The notes beneath the pieces are model-generated. The model saw only the letters and a list, made by a program, of their open reading frames with translations. It made no database searches and was not told the origin of the DNA. 64,000 nucleotides of DNA, taken from contig NC_043002.1 in NCBI RefSeq assembly GCF_006345805.1, positions 59,768,001 to 59,832,000 on the forward strand, written 5' to 3'. The position numbers and the translations under genes were made by a program. Of the stretch, positions 50,679 to 64,000 are shown one piece after another. Within the stretch, counting starts at the first letter, position 1. Every line of letters starts with the position of its first letter. This DNA comes from Octopus sinensis (lineage: Eukaryota).

Positions 50679-51145
50679 TTCTGATGCAGTACCAGACAGT
50701 GGTACTGATTAGAAGTATTAGCATGTACATTGTTTTGTCTTGGTATACAAGATGGGCTACAGCAAATATTCTGCTACATACCACAGATTTGCTTGTTAGT
50801 TCTTTGATCTTAACCAGCTGAGCATTTGCTTGGTGGCTGACGATATGTGCATCTCTGATCTTGAGCAAAATTTGTAGGGTACCATCATAGGGTTTCGTTC
50901 CGCATCTTGAAAAATAAACCTTATTCAGGGACCGCTTGAGCGGGATGGGCTTCTAAAACTGAAGAAAATTCTAACTGGACCCCACCTGCAAGGTCATGCG
51001 CTGTTTATCTTTGACATGAGTTCACCATGTCATGCACATTTGCTTGTGATGCATGTGACTGGTGAAACTTGCGGACGGAAAGTCATGATGTGTATCCTGA
51101 GCTTCGTATATTTTATTCTAGGGTCACTTTGATGGCATCCAGTGC
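50679..51145 (+). mobile_element. Dispersed repeat/SINE with (AAT)n tail
   Basis: Tail tttgatggcat...tgctctcactcaataataat recurs at about 51665-51700; flanked by long (AAT)n. Confidence 0.5.
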
Positions 51146-51153
51146 TCTCACTC

Positions 51154-51262
<109 letters not shown>

Positions 51263-51749
51263 GCAATAATGATAATAGTTCTTTCTACTGCAGGCACAAG
51301 AGCTCACTTTTGGAGGATGGGTAGCCGATTACATCGACCCCAGTACTCAAATAGTACTTATCGAACTCACAGGATGTAAAGCAAAGTCAACCGTTGGATG
51401 ATAGAGATATGTTGTGTTCGCTCGGGTTTGTATTACCTGGTATCAATTATCTGCTATTTTTCACTTATTTCAGTCATTAGACTTTGGCCATAGTGGGCAA
51501 ACTATTATGCCAACGAGCATATGGCTTAGTGGTTATTATTACTATTTACAAATATCCCTCAAATGCAAAAAATGTAAATGTAAATAATGTACATAATTCC
51601 TCATCTCTTAAATATAGAACTGTATTAATAATAATAATAATAATAATAATATAATAACCCCAGTGCAACTTTGATGGCATGAACTGCTCTCTCACTCAAT
51701 AATAATAATAATAATAATAATAATATAATAATAATAATAATAATAATAA

Positions 51750-51935
51750 CAACAGCAACATCGAAAAATACTTTAGGAATGAGAACTCAGTTTCGAAATT
51801 TCCCCGAGTCACCTGATGAAGGCTGGAGAGTACATCAGCCGAAACGTTGCATTAGCAACAAATGACAATAATCCATCAAATGTCAATAATTTAAATAATG
51901 TAAGTAACTCCTCATCTCCTAAATACAGAACTGTA
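51750..51935 (+). mobile_element. Family H1 unit with hammerhead core at 51813-51848
   Basis: CTGATGA-A-GGCTG(gagagtacat)CAGCC-GAA-ACGT-T; core and stem II perfect, stem I decayed. Confidence 0.7.
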
Positions 51936-54477
51936 TCATTGATGAATTGTTATTAACAAGAGAGAAATAAAAGATCCCAGTAATTATATTACAGGTTAGG
52001 AGCGCTAATCAGTGATGTCTATAAAGGCAATGTTATTACCAGTTCAATTATGCTTGTGGCACATTCAAACTCGTAAGCAAACCATTCAATGCATTTTGTC
52101 ATGGGGAAAATTTATCGCTGAAGACAATTGGTGTAAATACAACGCCACCGAGCCAAACTGTGAGATGCAAGCATTTCGGAGTGGTTATTTCCTCTTCAGG
52201 CACAGATCCGTAATTTATTTATAGTGAGTCACCGATTTGCGCTACCACTCATCAAACGATGACTGGAATAGCATGAGAGTGACAATCTTACTCATCAGCT
52301 AGCTGCGCCACCTGTCCGGTTTTTGTTTGTGAAGAGGCGGTAACCACTCCAAAATACTTGCACGTTACAGTCTAGGTAGGTGGCGCAGCGAGTTGATTTC
52401 GGTGCATTTACACCATTTGTCTCCAGTGAAAATTTTCTCTATGATATAAACATAGAGTAAATGGCTTCCTTACCAGTTTGGTCGTGTTGCAAGCATAACT
52501 GAACTGGGAATAACGTGGCAGTAACTATTATGTGTTCAAGCATGGTACTTATTCTCTCTTCCTCTTTTGCTGAACCGCTAACTTATGGGGACGCGATTAT
52601 AACAGAACCAGTTGTGGAAGACACACACAGAGATACAAAAACCACAGTCTTCCGTCGACCAGTTCCACTCACAAGACTATAGAAGAAACTTGCAAAGTTT
52701 CCATCACGCAATGAGACTGAACGCAGTATCATGTGGTTAGGAAGCAAGCTTCTTACCACACAGCCACGCGTAGGCCTTTCGTGATGAAAATGAACGGACA
52801 CATGCCTTGTAAGACATCTACTTTCACCAATTCTACTCTACAATGATTATATGATACAGCCGAAATAATATTCTCAGCAAGCTGTTTGTATGTCGTATTA
52901 GCTTGCATCATTTCAATTCCCGATAGTCATATTTCAGGGCGATAGACAAATAGGTCGTCTGTTGCCCTTTTCGGTGTTATTCTTCATGTAAAGATTTAAT
53001 TAGATATTTGTCTTCGATTATTTAGGAGGTTGTTGATGAGATTCACTAACGGATAGTGAAGAATGTTAAATAATTACTTTCAAACGATTTCAATGTTACC
53101 AACTCTAGGCATTAAACTGTTTCCCAATTATTTTCAGTACAAGTTTTATATCGGATGCTGTACATTTTGGAGAGATGTCTCTTATATTATCAATGCTGCT
53201 TTTGATTTTTATTCTAGATAGCTATGATTTTTGTTATATCTGTTTTGAAATATGGTTTTCAACTAAGCTTCTGCATTTTCTAAAATAATGTATTCTTATA
53301 TTTTTTTTGCTTGGTGATTCACCTCTCTTTAATGATCGCAGTTTGTCTTTAGGAATTAGTTTAAGAGGATGTTGTTACCTCACATTATATGCTTTCAATC
53401 TAATATTTGTGGCATATAGTTATATGTTAAGCATTCAAGGGCTTGAAGCCATGTTTACGCATCATTTCTGTAATACTTATTTCTTCGAATCTATTATTCT
53501 TCATTCTGCTGTGTTGTATTTGCTATGCTAGATAGAGATGTTATTCTATATTTTAGTTTCCTCTTCGAATCATATTCAATATATTGTTGACTTATCGTTT
53601 GCAACGATAAAATGTTTACCTAAGACCTCATTTCCCGATTGCTTTGAGAATGCGTTCTTAAAGGAAATCATTTAATACATTTTACATCACTTCATATCAA
53701 TATGTTATGATGTCGGATATATCCTTGTGCATTGCCTATTGGGCATTTCATATGGTTTGGTAATTCAGAGTGGCTTTTCCTAAGGTCTATCTGTTATACT
53801 TTAGGGTTATAGTGATTTGTTCGATATATTAAACGATTTTTTCGAAAGGCCCGAAGTGAAGATTGAAACTTCACTTCATTAATCCCAGGTATATGCATAA
53901 TATATTTAGGGCCGGAAAAAATCACTGCAGTAACTAATATCTACAACTATTCATGCCAAGGATAAAATGCACGAGAATCTGTATGCTGGCCAAATATCAT
54001 ATCGATTTTAAAGCCTTAAACATTGAAAATATAGAAAAAAGAAGCAAATCGATCACCTGCTTTGTGCCTCTACGAATATTAAGATTCTAGGAACGGTAAT
54101 TATTGATATCAAAATATATACACTCTCATCCCAAAATCAAGATATGGATTTCGTTATCTGTGCTCAATTACGACACAACGTGTATATAAGTGACAGAAAA
54201 GAGCAAAATGTTCTTCAATGCTTAAGACGATAGTAAATGTTATGTAGAATCTATTTTTCAGATGACCAGTTGCATATAGGTGAAGGGGTGTAAAGTGGAG
54301 GTTTCTGGTGTTGCACTAACGGTTGCAAGATCGTGGTTTTTATCCCCTGAGCTGTCGGTGTGTTGTGTTCTTGAGCAAAGTACTTCATTTCACCTTTTTC
54401 TGTCCACTGAGCTGTAAACAACTAATTCTGCGATGGACTGGTTTCTCGTACATGGCTGAGATGTTGAGATCTCGGTC

Positions 54478-54712
54478 GTTTATTTCTTTACTACCCACAA
54501 GGGGCTACACACAGAGAGGACAAACAAGGACAGGCACACGGATTAAGTCGATTATATCGACCCCAGTGCGTAACTGATACTTATTTAATGGACCTCGAAA
54601 GGATGAAAGGCAAAGTCGACCTCGGCGGAATTTGAACTCAGAATGTAGAGACAGACAAAATACCGCTAAGCATTTCACCCGGCGTGCTAACGATTCTGCC
54701 AGCTCGCCGTCT
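54478..54712 (-). mobile_element. Family A SINE with Tx1-like tail
   Basis: Reverse complement ...tttgtcctctctgtgtgtagccccttgtgggtagtaaagaaata. Confidence 0.85.
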
Positions 54713-54764
<52 letters not shown>

Positions 54765-56559
54765 AAGAGAGAGAGAGTATATTGCGAAAGTGACAGAAAT
54801 AATAGAATGGGCAAGGTAAGCACAAGATAATGGAATAGGAAAGATATAGGAGAAAACTGTAGGCGCAAATGTAATTATTTAGAGATTTGGAAACTGGTTA
54901 TTTGTGATGAGACTGTTGATTAGAACCAGGTCAGAGCCAGTGAAGACCTTCTGGAGAACAATATGCTCAAAGTAGGACCTGCTGTGATTTATTGTTCGGA
55001 CAGAAGAGCCAAATGTCAGAGATCACACGAATTTAATTTCTTTAAGAACTCACATAGGAATATGGAAAGTGTTAACGTGAAAGAAGCTTCAGAAATAAAA
55101 AAAATTCAATTACAAGGAAATTTGTGGAATATCTGTTGTGAAACTTCTTCGTATAGATGAGACAGGTGACCGAAATCATTTCAGTCCTGTCTATGCTGTA
55201 GTTCTTTCAAGCATTATTTAAGATAGCAAGATATTTTAAAACATCTGTGCCGGTAATGCCGAAACTATCCGCGATCGTCCATGTGCCTAGGTGTATGGAT
55301 AGTACTGGGATGGCGGACTGGGAGATGTGGGCATGGGAAAATGCTGATCCTTCATACAAAAAGCCTACATCAGTCAAACGTTTTGAGGAGACATTCCAGG
55401 TGGCAAGACATAGATTAAGGACATATAAGAAGATATAAATCTGTATCTATTTAGCTTAAAATGAAGTATGATAGATATTTAAGGGTGATTTCTAGCAGGT
55501 CGAGATACCATTCGAAAATATGTCCGTTGGTTCATAAAAATACTGATTTCTAGTCGAACACAATAGAATAAAAGTAATTAAATCCTTTTATTACTTTAAA
55601 GGCTGCCCAGGGTGAAATATTTGTGAGCTATAGTAAATATGGGCGACACTTTTTTATGTGTAAATAGAGTGTGTCGGTGGTCATTTTAACTTAGAACATA
55701 AATATAAATAAACGCTACAATATATTTCATTATGGAATATTAAAGCTTATGACATACACTGTCATGTGTGAGAAAACGGGATGATGCATATGAAAATGGA
55801 AATCTATAAGGCCGTAGAGAGAGAGAGAGACAGTGTGTTAAGAAACAAAGGCTAAGGAAGGCGAATTTACCATAGAAAAAAAAGATATAGAGCATAAGCC
55901 TTTATTCGTAAAAGTAAATAATGAGAAAACAAAAGTATGAACAAAAGTAACCTGATACAATGAATAAAACAGGAATACTAATTTTCACTGACGGGATGGT
56001 AAGATAGAAAAGGAACATGAAATTAAATATATTAGTGGGTTATTGACCTATTTTCGGACAGCAAGTGACTTGTATTTCTCTCCAGCCAGGCAGAAAAGTT
56101 CAAAATTTAGGTTATTTGTACGCTAACACCACGTGCAGGAACACTTTTTGTTGGAGTAATACGCTGTTCACATGGTATCTTAAATGTATTTAAATTTTAC
56201 CTTGACGAACCAGCATCAGTAATTAACACCGAGATCCACATTAAGATGCTAAATTTTCAGTGTGCAATGGTTTGCATTAGAAACACAGGTAGGTACTGAC
56301 ATGGAAAGATGTGATTAGCTGTAAAGTAAAACCTGGATATGTAAATCTCTGTTCTAAATATTTGTTTATATATTTCTTCTCTACTGAGAGACATGCAGCC
56401 TCTATAGAGTCATCTGGATTTACCAAATGGACAAAATACCGAGGATCGTAAAGTTAACTAACTGGAGCTTATCTACATTCTGTGAAGATAGCCAGCATTG
56501 TTAACCGGGAAAAGCGAACACGTTACCTGCTATAATTGTATATCCCTATTAACCAGTTT

Positions 56560-56920
56560 GGGAAATTGACATTTTTATATATTCTTTTACTTGTTTCAGT
56601 GATTTGATTGTGACCATGCTGGAGCACCACCTTTCGGCGAGTAAATCGACTCCACAACTTATTTTTGTAAGCCTAGTACTTATTCTATCGGTCTCTTTTG
56701 CCGATGTTGGAGACACAAGCACAGACACACAAACATATACACACACATACATATAAATATATACATATATACGACGGGCTTCTTTCAGTTTCCGTCTACC
56801 AAATCCACTCAGAAGACTTTGGTCGGGCCGAGGCTGTAGTACAAGACACTTGCCCATGATGCTACGCAGTGGACTGAACCCGGAAGCATGTGGTTGGTAA
56901 GCAGGCTACTTACCACACAA
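56560..56920 (-). mobile_element. Full-length family B SINE
   Basis: Reverse complement of head, CORE, internal microsatellite and CR1-like tail (ggtggtgctccagcatggtcac...ctgaaacaagtaaaag). Confidence 0.85.
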
Positions 56921-57332
56921 CCACTCCTAAAGATATATATACATATACATAAACATATACACACACGTCCACACACACACATACATTTATATATACATAA
57001 ATATCTAGCTATGTATTTACATATTGACGTAGAATTTCAAACATACACGAATCCACATTTATCTGTGCATATATGCGTAAGTAAATATTCTTATTCATAC
57101 TATTACAAACACATGTTATGCAACTTGCTTTTAGTTTATCAATGTGTTTACTCACTTACTGATATAACAGAGCATCGGTGCGCAGCTATTATTTCAAGCA
57201 CTATCTATTAAAGGACATATATCATATCGGAAATTCTTATACAAAACAATCTCTCAATCGCACTATCTCTCTCCTATATATGTGTATGTACACGCATATG
57301 TATATATGTACCTACATACACGTGTATATATA

Positions 57333-57372
<40 letters not shown>

Positions 57373-57975
57373 TGTAATTTATGTGGTTTGTTGCACAATC
57401 GCACACACATCCAATCATAACAAAATGAAAACCGTGTTAGAAAAAGATAGATTAAGCAAAGACGAGATAATTAGTGTGAGAATATGAAGTACAATGATTT
57501 TAGATGGTACTGGAGGAAAAGGATGGTAAGTTAGTTGTTAGTTGTTATGTTGTAATTCAATTAGCAGTCTCTGTCGATATAGAAGTGGGTATCGATACAA
57601 AACTATTGATTGTACATTCATTATCGTCTGGAAAGACACTTTTCACAATACATCACGAGTTTTCTTTAGTTCTGTATGAAAACTCTATACTAATTGCTAT
57701 TGAAAATATATTACAATTCCATGGAGATTTCAATGATTATAAAATAATATTTACAATTTAATGAGTTCTCACTAGACGTAGATTCTATAAACCACTTTCT
57801 CTATAATTTTATCTTCCAGCCTATTTATTTTCTCTCCTCACACCCTTTGGAATCCTCTCTTCTTTTTTACCCTGTTGTTGCTCCATGTTTCCACCCTGTT
57901 TCTGTGATAACACGCAGATACACACAGAGGCACAGGCATATACACATGGATAAATGTGTGCGTAGATCTGTGCAA

Positions 57976-58006
<31 letters not shown>

Positions 58007-58123
58007 TATATATATATATATATATAGATATATATATATATATATGGCTAAATACATGTATATACTATGTATGTGTGTATGTAAATGTATATACATAAAA
58101 ACAAGTAATATATACACACACAC

Positions 58124-58176
<53 letters not shown>

Positions 58177-58880
58177 GGTGCGTGTCTGTGAGAGTGTGTG
58201 TCTGTGTTGTGTGCGTTTGTGATGACTGGAAGCCAATATTTATAAAGGAATTACCTGGAAATAAAGAAATATTAATTCTTCAGTCTCACTTGGTTGTCTC
58301 TCAGAATTAATAGATGGATATATTGACCATTTTCCCCATCAATATTAAAAAAACCAAACACAATTTGCCCTAGTTAAATATAAAGTAAACAGAAAATATA
58401 TATGCAGCGAATTAGAATAATATGATAGAAGGCACGTGAAAAGAAAAAAGACACAAGATATGAGAATTTATAAGATGATCATTATTTACGACAACAAGGG
58501 AATTAGATTTCTAATTTACAACAGCGAAATAGAACGAAATATATTTGTAGTGTTTAAATGTAAACCCCGATCGCCAAAATACGACTGACCGTCTCTCGTC
58601 ACTGGACTGAGACGCTTATTGTTTAACATCGAGAACTTAAGTTTATTGTTATTTAATTTGATGAATGAATTTACTGCAACCAAATGCAAGTAATTGAACG
58701 AAAAAACCCTCGAGTTTCTCAATAAATAACTTTGAAAATAAATGCAAGCGTGGCTTTGTGGTAAGAAGCTTACTTCCCAACCACAGGGTTCGAGGTGCAA
58801 TCTCTTTGAGTGGTACCTTGGGCAAGTGTCTTCTACATGAGCCGATTTCGATAGCGGAAACTGAAAGAAGACCGTTGGAT

Positions 58881-58923
<43 letters not shown>

Positions 58924-59774
58924 CACATATACATTTATATATATATATATAGACATATAATATAAGGGAAGAGGAGAGTATGAACAATAGAAACTCAATT
59001 TATTTATATAATAGTCGACTTCATGTTGCTTACGCATGTTTCAATATCTCACCTTCATTCATATTTTAGAATTAGATTTGCACTAAGTATTTAACTGCTA
59101 GAAATCTCCTCTTCAGTGCAATATTAACATATATTCATTTACATCCCAGTATGACGGTAGTTGATTACGGAGTCAACGGCAGCATGTGCATGTGTATTTT
59201 TGTGTGTCAGCATATGTGCCTGTGGATTCCGTTCTAAAAATAGCTAGAGGTTAAATTACGACCATAGTGGACAATGGCTATCTGCAATCCTGAAGAACTA
59301 GGTCATACTACTATTTACCCTTAATGGAATTTACATCGATTTTCTTCATAGGTTGGCTGCCATTCTTCTCCCAACTCACTTGTCAAAAGAATTAAAAAAT
59401 AAGAAATAAGAATGAAATATATATATATATATTTGTAAGTATATAAATCTATTTATATATTAAACTTTTACAAATTTAATTGTAAGAATTTCAATTTTAA
59501 TTATTAGTATTATTTTTTTATTTATTTAGGTGTATTAGAATTATTTAGGGATAGTTTGGGTTATTATAAATAATTCGTTAACTTAAATTGTAGCGCTAGA
59601 TTGTTTACAAATTGTGAGAGTACAGTTTCTTTTAAGAATTGTTCCTATGTTTATTTCAACTTTATGATACACGGAGTGCTTATTTAAATATAATTTATTA
59701 TTTTAAATTTATTAACATATATATATATATATTTATTTATTTATTTATTTTCCTTGTGAATATATATATATGTA

Positions 59775-59841
<67 letters not shown>

Positions 59842-59859
59842 CTCGAATTTATAGGAAAA

Positions 59860-60040
59860 TAGAAGACGAAAAGATGTGAATAAACAACACGAAGGTGTAT
59901 TAGTTTGACGCTCGGGAAAATGAAAAAGTCTTTTACGTTTTGAGCATACGCTCTCTATCAGAAAGGAATAAGAGAAAATAAACAGTGAGAATAAAAATGA
60001 GGGAAGAGAGAATAAAAAACTTGTCGATTTAGCTGTCAAG
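59860..60040 (-). mobile_element. Family H2 PLE-type repeat with degenerate HHR (59927-59967)
   Basis: Reverse complement ccttt-ctgatagagagcgtatgctcaaaacgtaaaagac. Confidence 0.55.
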
Positions 60041-61181
60041 TATGGTGACTGTAAATACACACACACATACATATATACATGTGCATGTGAATGTGTGTTT
60101 GTTTGTTGTTGCGTCTGTCTCTTTCTATACCCCACCACCACTCAACAACCGGTGTTGGCGTGTTTATATTCCCGTAAGTTAGCGATTCAGCAAGTGACAA
60201 AGAGAGGATAGTTACCGTGTCTAAAATGAATAGTTTGGTCGTTTCATTCGACTAAATTTTTCAAGCCAGTGCCTTAGTATGGCCGTAGTCTAATGTCAGA
60301 AAGTATTAAAAATCAAATACAGACCATAGAAAAGCACATTATGTTTCCAGTAGGTTTCATAGCATGATTTAAAATTCTCATGACTCTTAAGAATATTATC
60401 TGATTAGAAATAAACTGAAAAATTGTTTATGATTTAAGTTGATACTCAAACTCGCTTGATATGTTTTCTGACAATTATAACCACTGACAAGGCTCAATTT
60501 ACTATAAGGAAATATATTAATCAGATAATGAGTGAACGATAATCCATTCTAGAGAAACGTCTCTGGAGATGGTGCGTTGGCAGTTATATGTGCAAAAGAC
60601 AAAATTTGTACCAGTGAAATTTTGACTGCTACGTAGCTTTGTAAATATTGTGCAAGCATATGCATATATTTTTTATTAATGCAGAAACAAACGCTTAGCT
60701 ACGTTGTATTATTACCATTTTAGAATTATTTTAGTATCTTTTATAATGTGTGGCTCAATGTATGTTGATCTTGCCCATCGTATCCCCTCTTTGTTTTTAT
60801 GTGATTGTCTTCAAATTGCTTTTGTGAAGGTAGTTTGTTGTGAATTTTTACAACCATCTTGTTTATATATACCTATACACGCAGACGCACAAATACACAC
60901 AAACGCACAGAAACACACAGACAAACAAACATACACACACACGCACACACGCAAAAACACATGCTCACGTACGCATTAGGAATTAGAATCTCTCTAAGAA
61001 AGGAAGCAAAACAAAGCGTTTTATTCTTTAAACCTTATATAGACTTGCAATTTCTCTTAAGCTTGTCAGTATGGGAATAAATTTGCAGCAAACAGTGAAA
61101 TAATTCCATGTATAAACACCACTGGTAAGATTCAGCATTTTGAAGAGAGATTTGAAAACATGTCTGAACAAATCAAACATA

Positions 61182-61215
<34 letters not shown>

Positions 61216-61230
61216 TAATAATAATAATAA

Positions 61231-61261
<31 letters not shown>

Positions 61262-61989
61262 AAGAAGAACAACAACAACAACAACAACAAGAACAAGAAC
61301 AAGAACAAGAACATAAACAAGAACAAGAACAAGAACAGCAACAACAATAATAATAACAACAACAACAACAACACAACAACAACAACAATAATAATAATGA
61401 TAGCTCCGGCTAAATAATAACATTGACGTACACTAAGAAGCTCTCTCCACAAAACAAACTCAACTCAATAACATCGGTGCGATGGCGGAAAATGTCAGAG
61501 TACAACTGTGAGAAAAGTTCAGTTGAAGCAGAGGAAGTAAAAAGTGGAACGATTTCTCTGCCATATAAAGGGTAGTTTCTTTCTTAAATGCAAGATATCT
61601 CAATGGAACAAACGCGAGAAGCCGAATCAAACACCAGGACATCTGGAAAAAACCCATTTACACAGTAAGTACGTAATTTGTATAGTTACTCATACATGCA
61701 ACTGTCTACGCGTCTATGTACACATGTAAATAATTTAGATAAAACATAAATAATGCCTACACGATACGCACGTGCACACACGGAAAATAAAAGAAAAAAA
61801 AACACGTGTGACGAGCGACGCCGTACCGACCACAAACAAAAACAAAGCGAATTCGCACAGACGGATGAAAAAAGGAGCAAATTAGTTACTCAGTTTAAAA
61901 CATAAACAAAAAATATTCCCCAGAAACATAGCTACCAAAAACAAAAGCGGCGATTTTCGATCCATCACCCTACGATATGATAAATATAT

Positions 61990-64000
61990 CCATTCGAAGA
62001 ACAACGAAGCGATGTCAGGTCAAACAGTCAACTCTGAAGAAACACGCCCGTCACCTATTGTCACTGTCAGTGCCTTAAAAACAAGAGAAAACTCACGCCT
62101 GATCGCTTATCGCCCGGGACAACAAGGACTGCGTTACTCAGTGGTGAACTGGACTGGGGTCGAAAAGTCTGCTGCTGGAAAAAAACTCTCCACAAAATGA
62201 TGTACTATGTAACCAGATCCAGGATAATCCTAACACTAGGCCTGTAGTGACATCATCAAAACCATCACCTAAAGCAAAAACCGTAGCTGGACTAGAGAGG
62301 ATTATAGAGATGTGCTGAAAGCTTTCTATACAGCCGAACTATAGCCAAGCAATAACCTCAACGTACCAACTTACACTTCTTGGAGAAACTTAGTAGGCAA
62401 TGAAGTACGCAGATATATATGTATATATGCAAATAAACTTAGTAATGTAGGTAGAGATATCATGAAGAATAAAAGGTTAACAGACGCTGAAATTAACCAG
62501 ATTAGGACACAAATATCTCATGGTAGACCGAATGAACACAGCAACAATACAGACGAAATAGGTAACAGATGCACAGAATCCAGTGTATGAACTGTACATC
62601 TGAACGAGGAAGCTGAAGAAAGTTTAGCGAAGAAAAGTTATCCGGAGAAAAGAGAAGGACGCCCTACTTCAGGAAATTCAGAATAGGTATGTTACAGAAT
62701 TTGAGGTGAATAATAAAGAGGAAGATCATAGAAGCAATAGAAGATATTATCAGAGTACTCAATCATACTGAGTCTACTAACATCATCAATAGAGAACCAC
62801 TGGCAAAGTTCTCAGACATCATAAAAAACAACAACCTAATCATGATATATAATGCTGCTCTTGGGCAGTTCTTAAGTAATACCGGAAATTACATAACAAT
62901 CTTAAATAATCTCATCTAATCCACTGCTAAAGTTGTAACTGCTCAACTAGATATCTGGACAGCACAGAAAAGGACCAACCATGTAATTAGATCTCCCAAG
63001 TGGAATGTAGCAATACAAAAAGAGATCGAATCTCTGCGTGCGGATGTATCGGTTCTCGATGAACTTGCTGGAGGAGTAGTTATTAAAAAGAAACGAGCTA
63101 AAAATAAATCAAGCAAAAATATAAAATGAAAGATTTTATAAACCTCCCTGCAACCAAGGATCTGTTGAAACAAAGAATACAACTGAAAGCCCAACGGCTT
63201 AGAAGGGATGACAAAAGAATAACATTTTATGGACAAAACAAGATATTCAAGACGGATGCAAAGACATTTTATAGGGAATTGGCAAAAATAAGATAGAAGA
63301 AAAGCAGCCACCCAAGACCGAGGAAATGGAAGAGTTCTGGAAGAAGATATGGAGCAACAAAAAAGAATATAATGCTGAAATTCACTGGATAAAGCGTAAG
63401 AAAGTGAGACGGGTTGAAGTTGAAGAGCAGAAATGGAAGGCAATAGGAATAGAAGAGCTAAGAAGTATTCTTAGGAAGTCTCACAAATGGAAAAATCCAG
63501 GACTGTGCCGAATTCCTAACTTCTGGTTAAATTGCCTGACAGAAGTACACCAAAATTTAGCTGTATCTCTAACTGATGTCATCCAGAATCCAGAGCAAAT
63601 ACAAACCTGGCTGAGTGAAGGAACAACATATCTTTTACCAAAAACAGAAGACACAATGTCTAAAGAAATACCAACCAATAATATGTCTCAAAGCCACCTA
63701 CAAGGGCCTCACATCCGTATCAACTGACAGAATATACACTTTTCGTGAACAGAGATCTATTCTTCCACAAGCTCAAAAATGTTGTAAAAGAAATTCTTAT
63801 TAGTGTAAAGATCAATTATTCATAAATAAAATAATTGTAGAGAGTTGCCGAAGCAAAAAGAACCTCAGTATGGCATGGCTAGATCACAAGAATGCGTTTG
63901 ATAGTGTCCTACATAATTGGATACTCAAGGCCCTTAAAATATGTAAGATCTCTCCTGTCGTCTCCAAATTCTTACAAGGAAGCATGGCCAATTGGAACAC
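61990..64000 (+). mobile_element. R4/Dong-like non-LTR retrotransposon, 5' portion, runs off the window
   Basis: WTREDYRDVLKAFY-like N-terminus; KSHKWKNPG...IPNFWL, WLSEGTTYLLPK, YQPIICL, QKCCKR and DH..AFDSV.HNWI RT motifs; frameshifted. Confidence 0.82.

Noticed and set aside
61780-62010. HDV-like ribozyme at the R4 element 5' end
   Set aside because: Such ribozymes are known for some RLE elements, but I could not identify the nested pseudoknot by eye.

Overview
AT-rich eukaryotic non-coding DNA, very probably from an octopus. This is inferred from the tRNA-derived SINE families and the extreme (TA)n/(AAT)n/(CTAT)n/(CA)n density; no database search was run. No host protein-coding exon, true tRNA/rRNA gene or CRISPR array could be supported, and most of the ORF track is translated microsatellite. 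The window is a transposon graveyard: CR1-group LINEs (one with an open 431-aa RT segment), Tx1/L1-like, R4/Dong-like and RTE fragments, Penelope-like element (PLE) remnants with hammerhead-ribozyme (HHR) motifs, several SINE families, four foldback/MITE elements, a non-autonomous Helitron, a mariner remnant and a near-identical 488-bp tandem+inverted repeat. Two candidate systems stand out. (1) A gag/ORF1-only Tx1-like retroelement family, whose two divergent copies sit at the same nucleotide of the tRNA-derived head of a SINE; one copy has a 14-bp target-site duplication, suggesting SINE-targeted site-specific retrotransposition. (2) A SINE-like element made of a tRNA-type Pol III promoter, an (AAT)n spacer and a PLE-type minimal hammerhead, recurring as head-to-head inverted pairs. 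Two SINE/LINE shared 3' tails are also visible, one with a covarying stem-loop. Coordinates were counted by hand; element edges are approximate unless a TSD or TIR is given.
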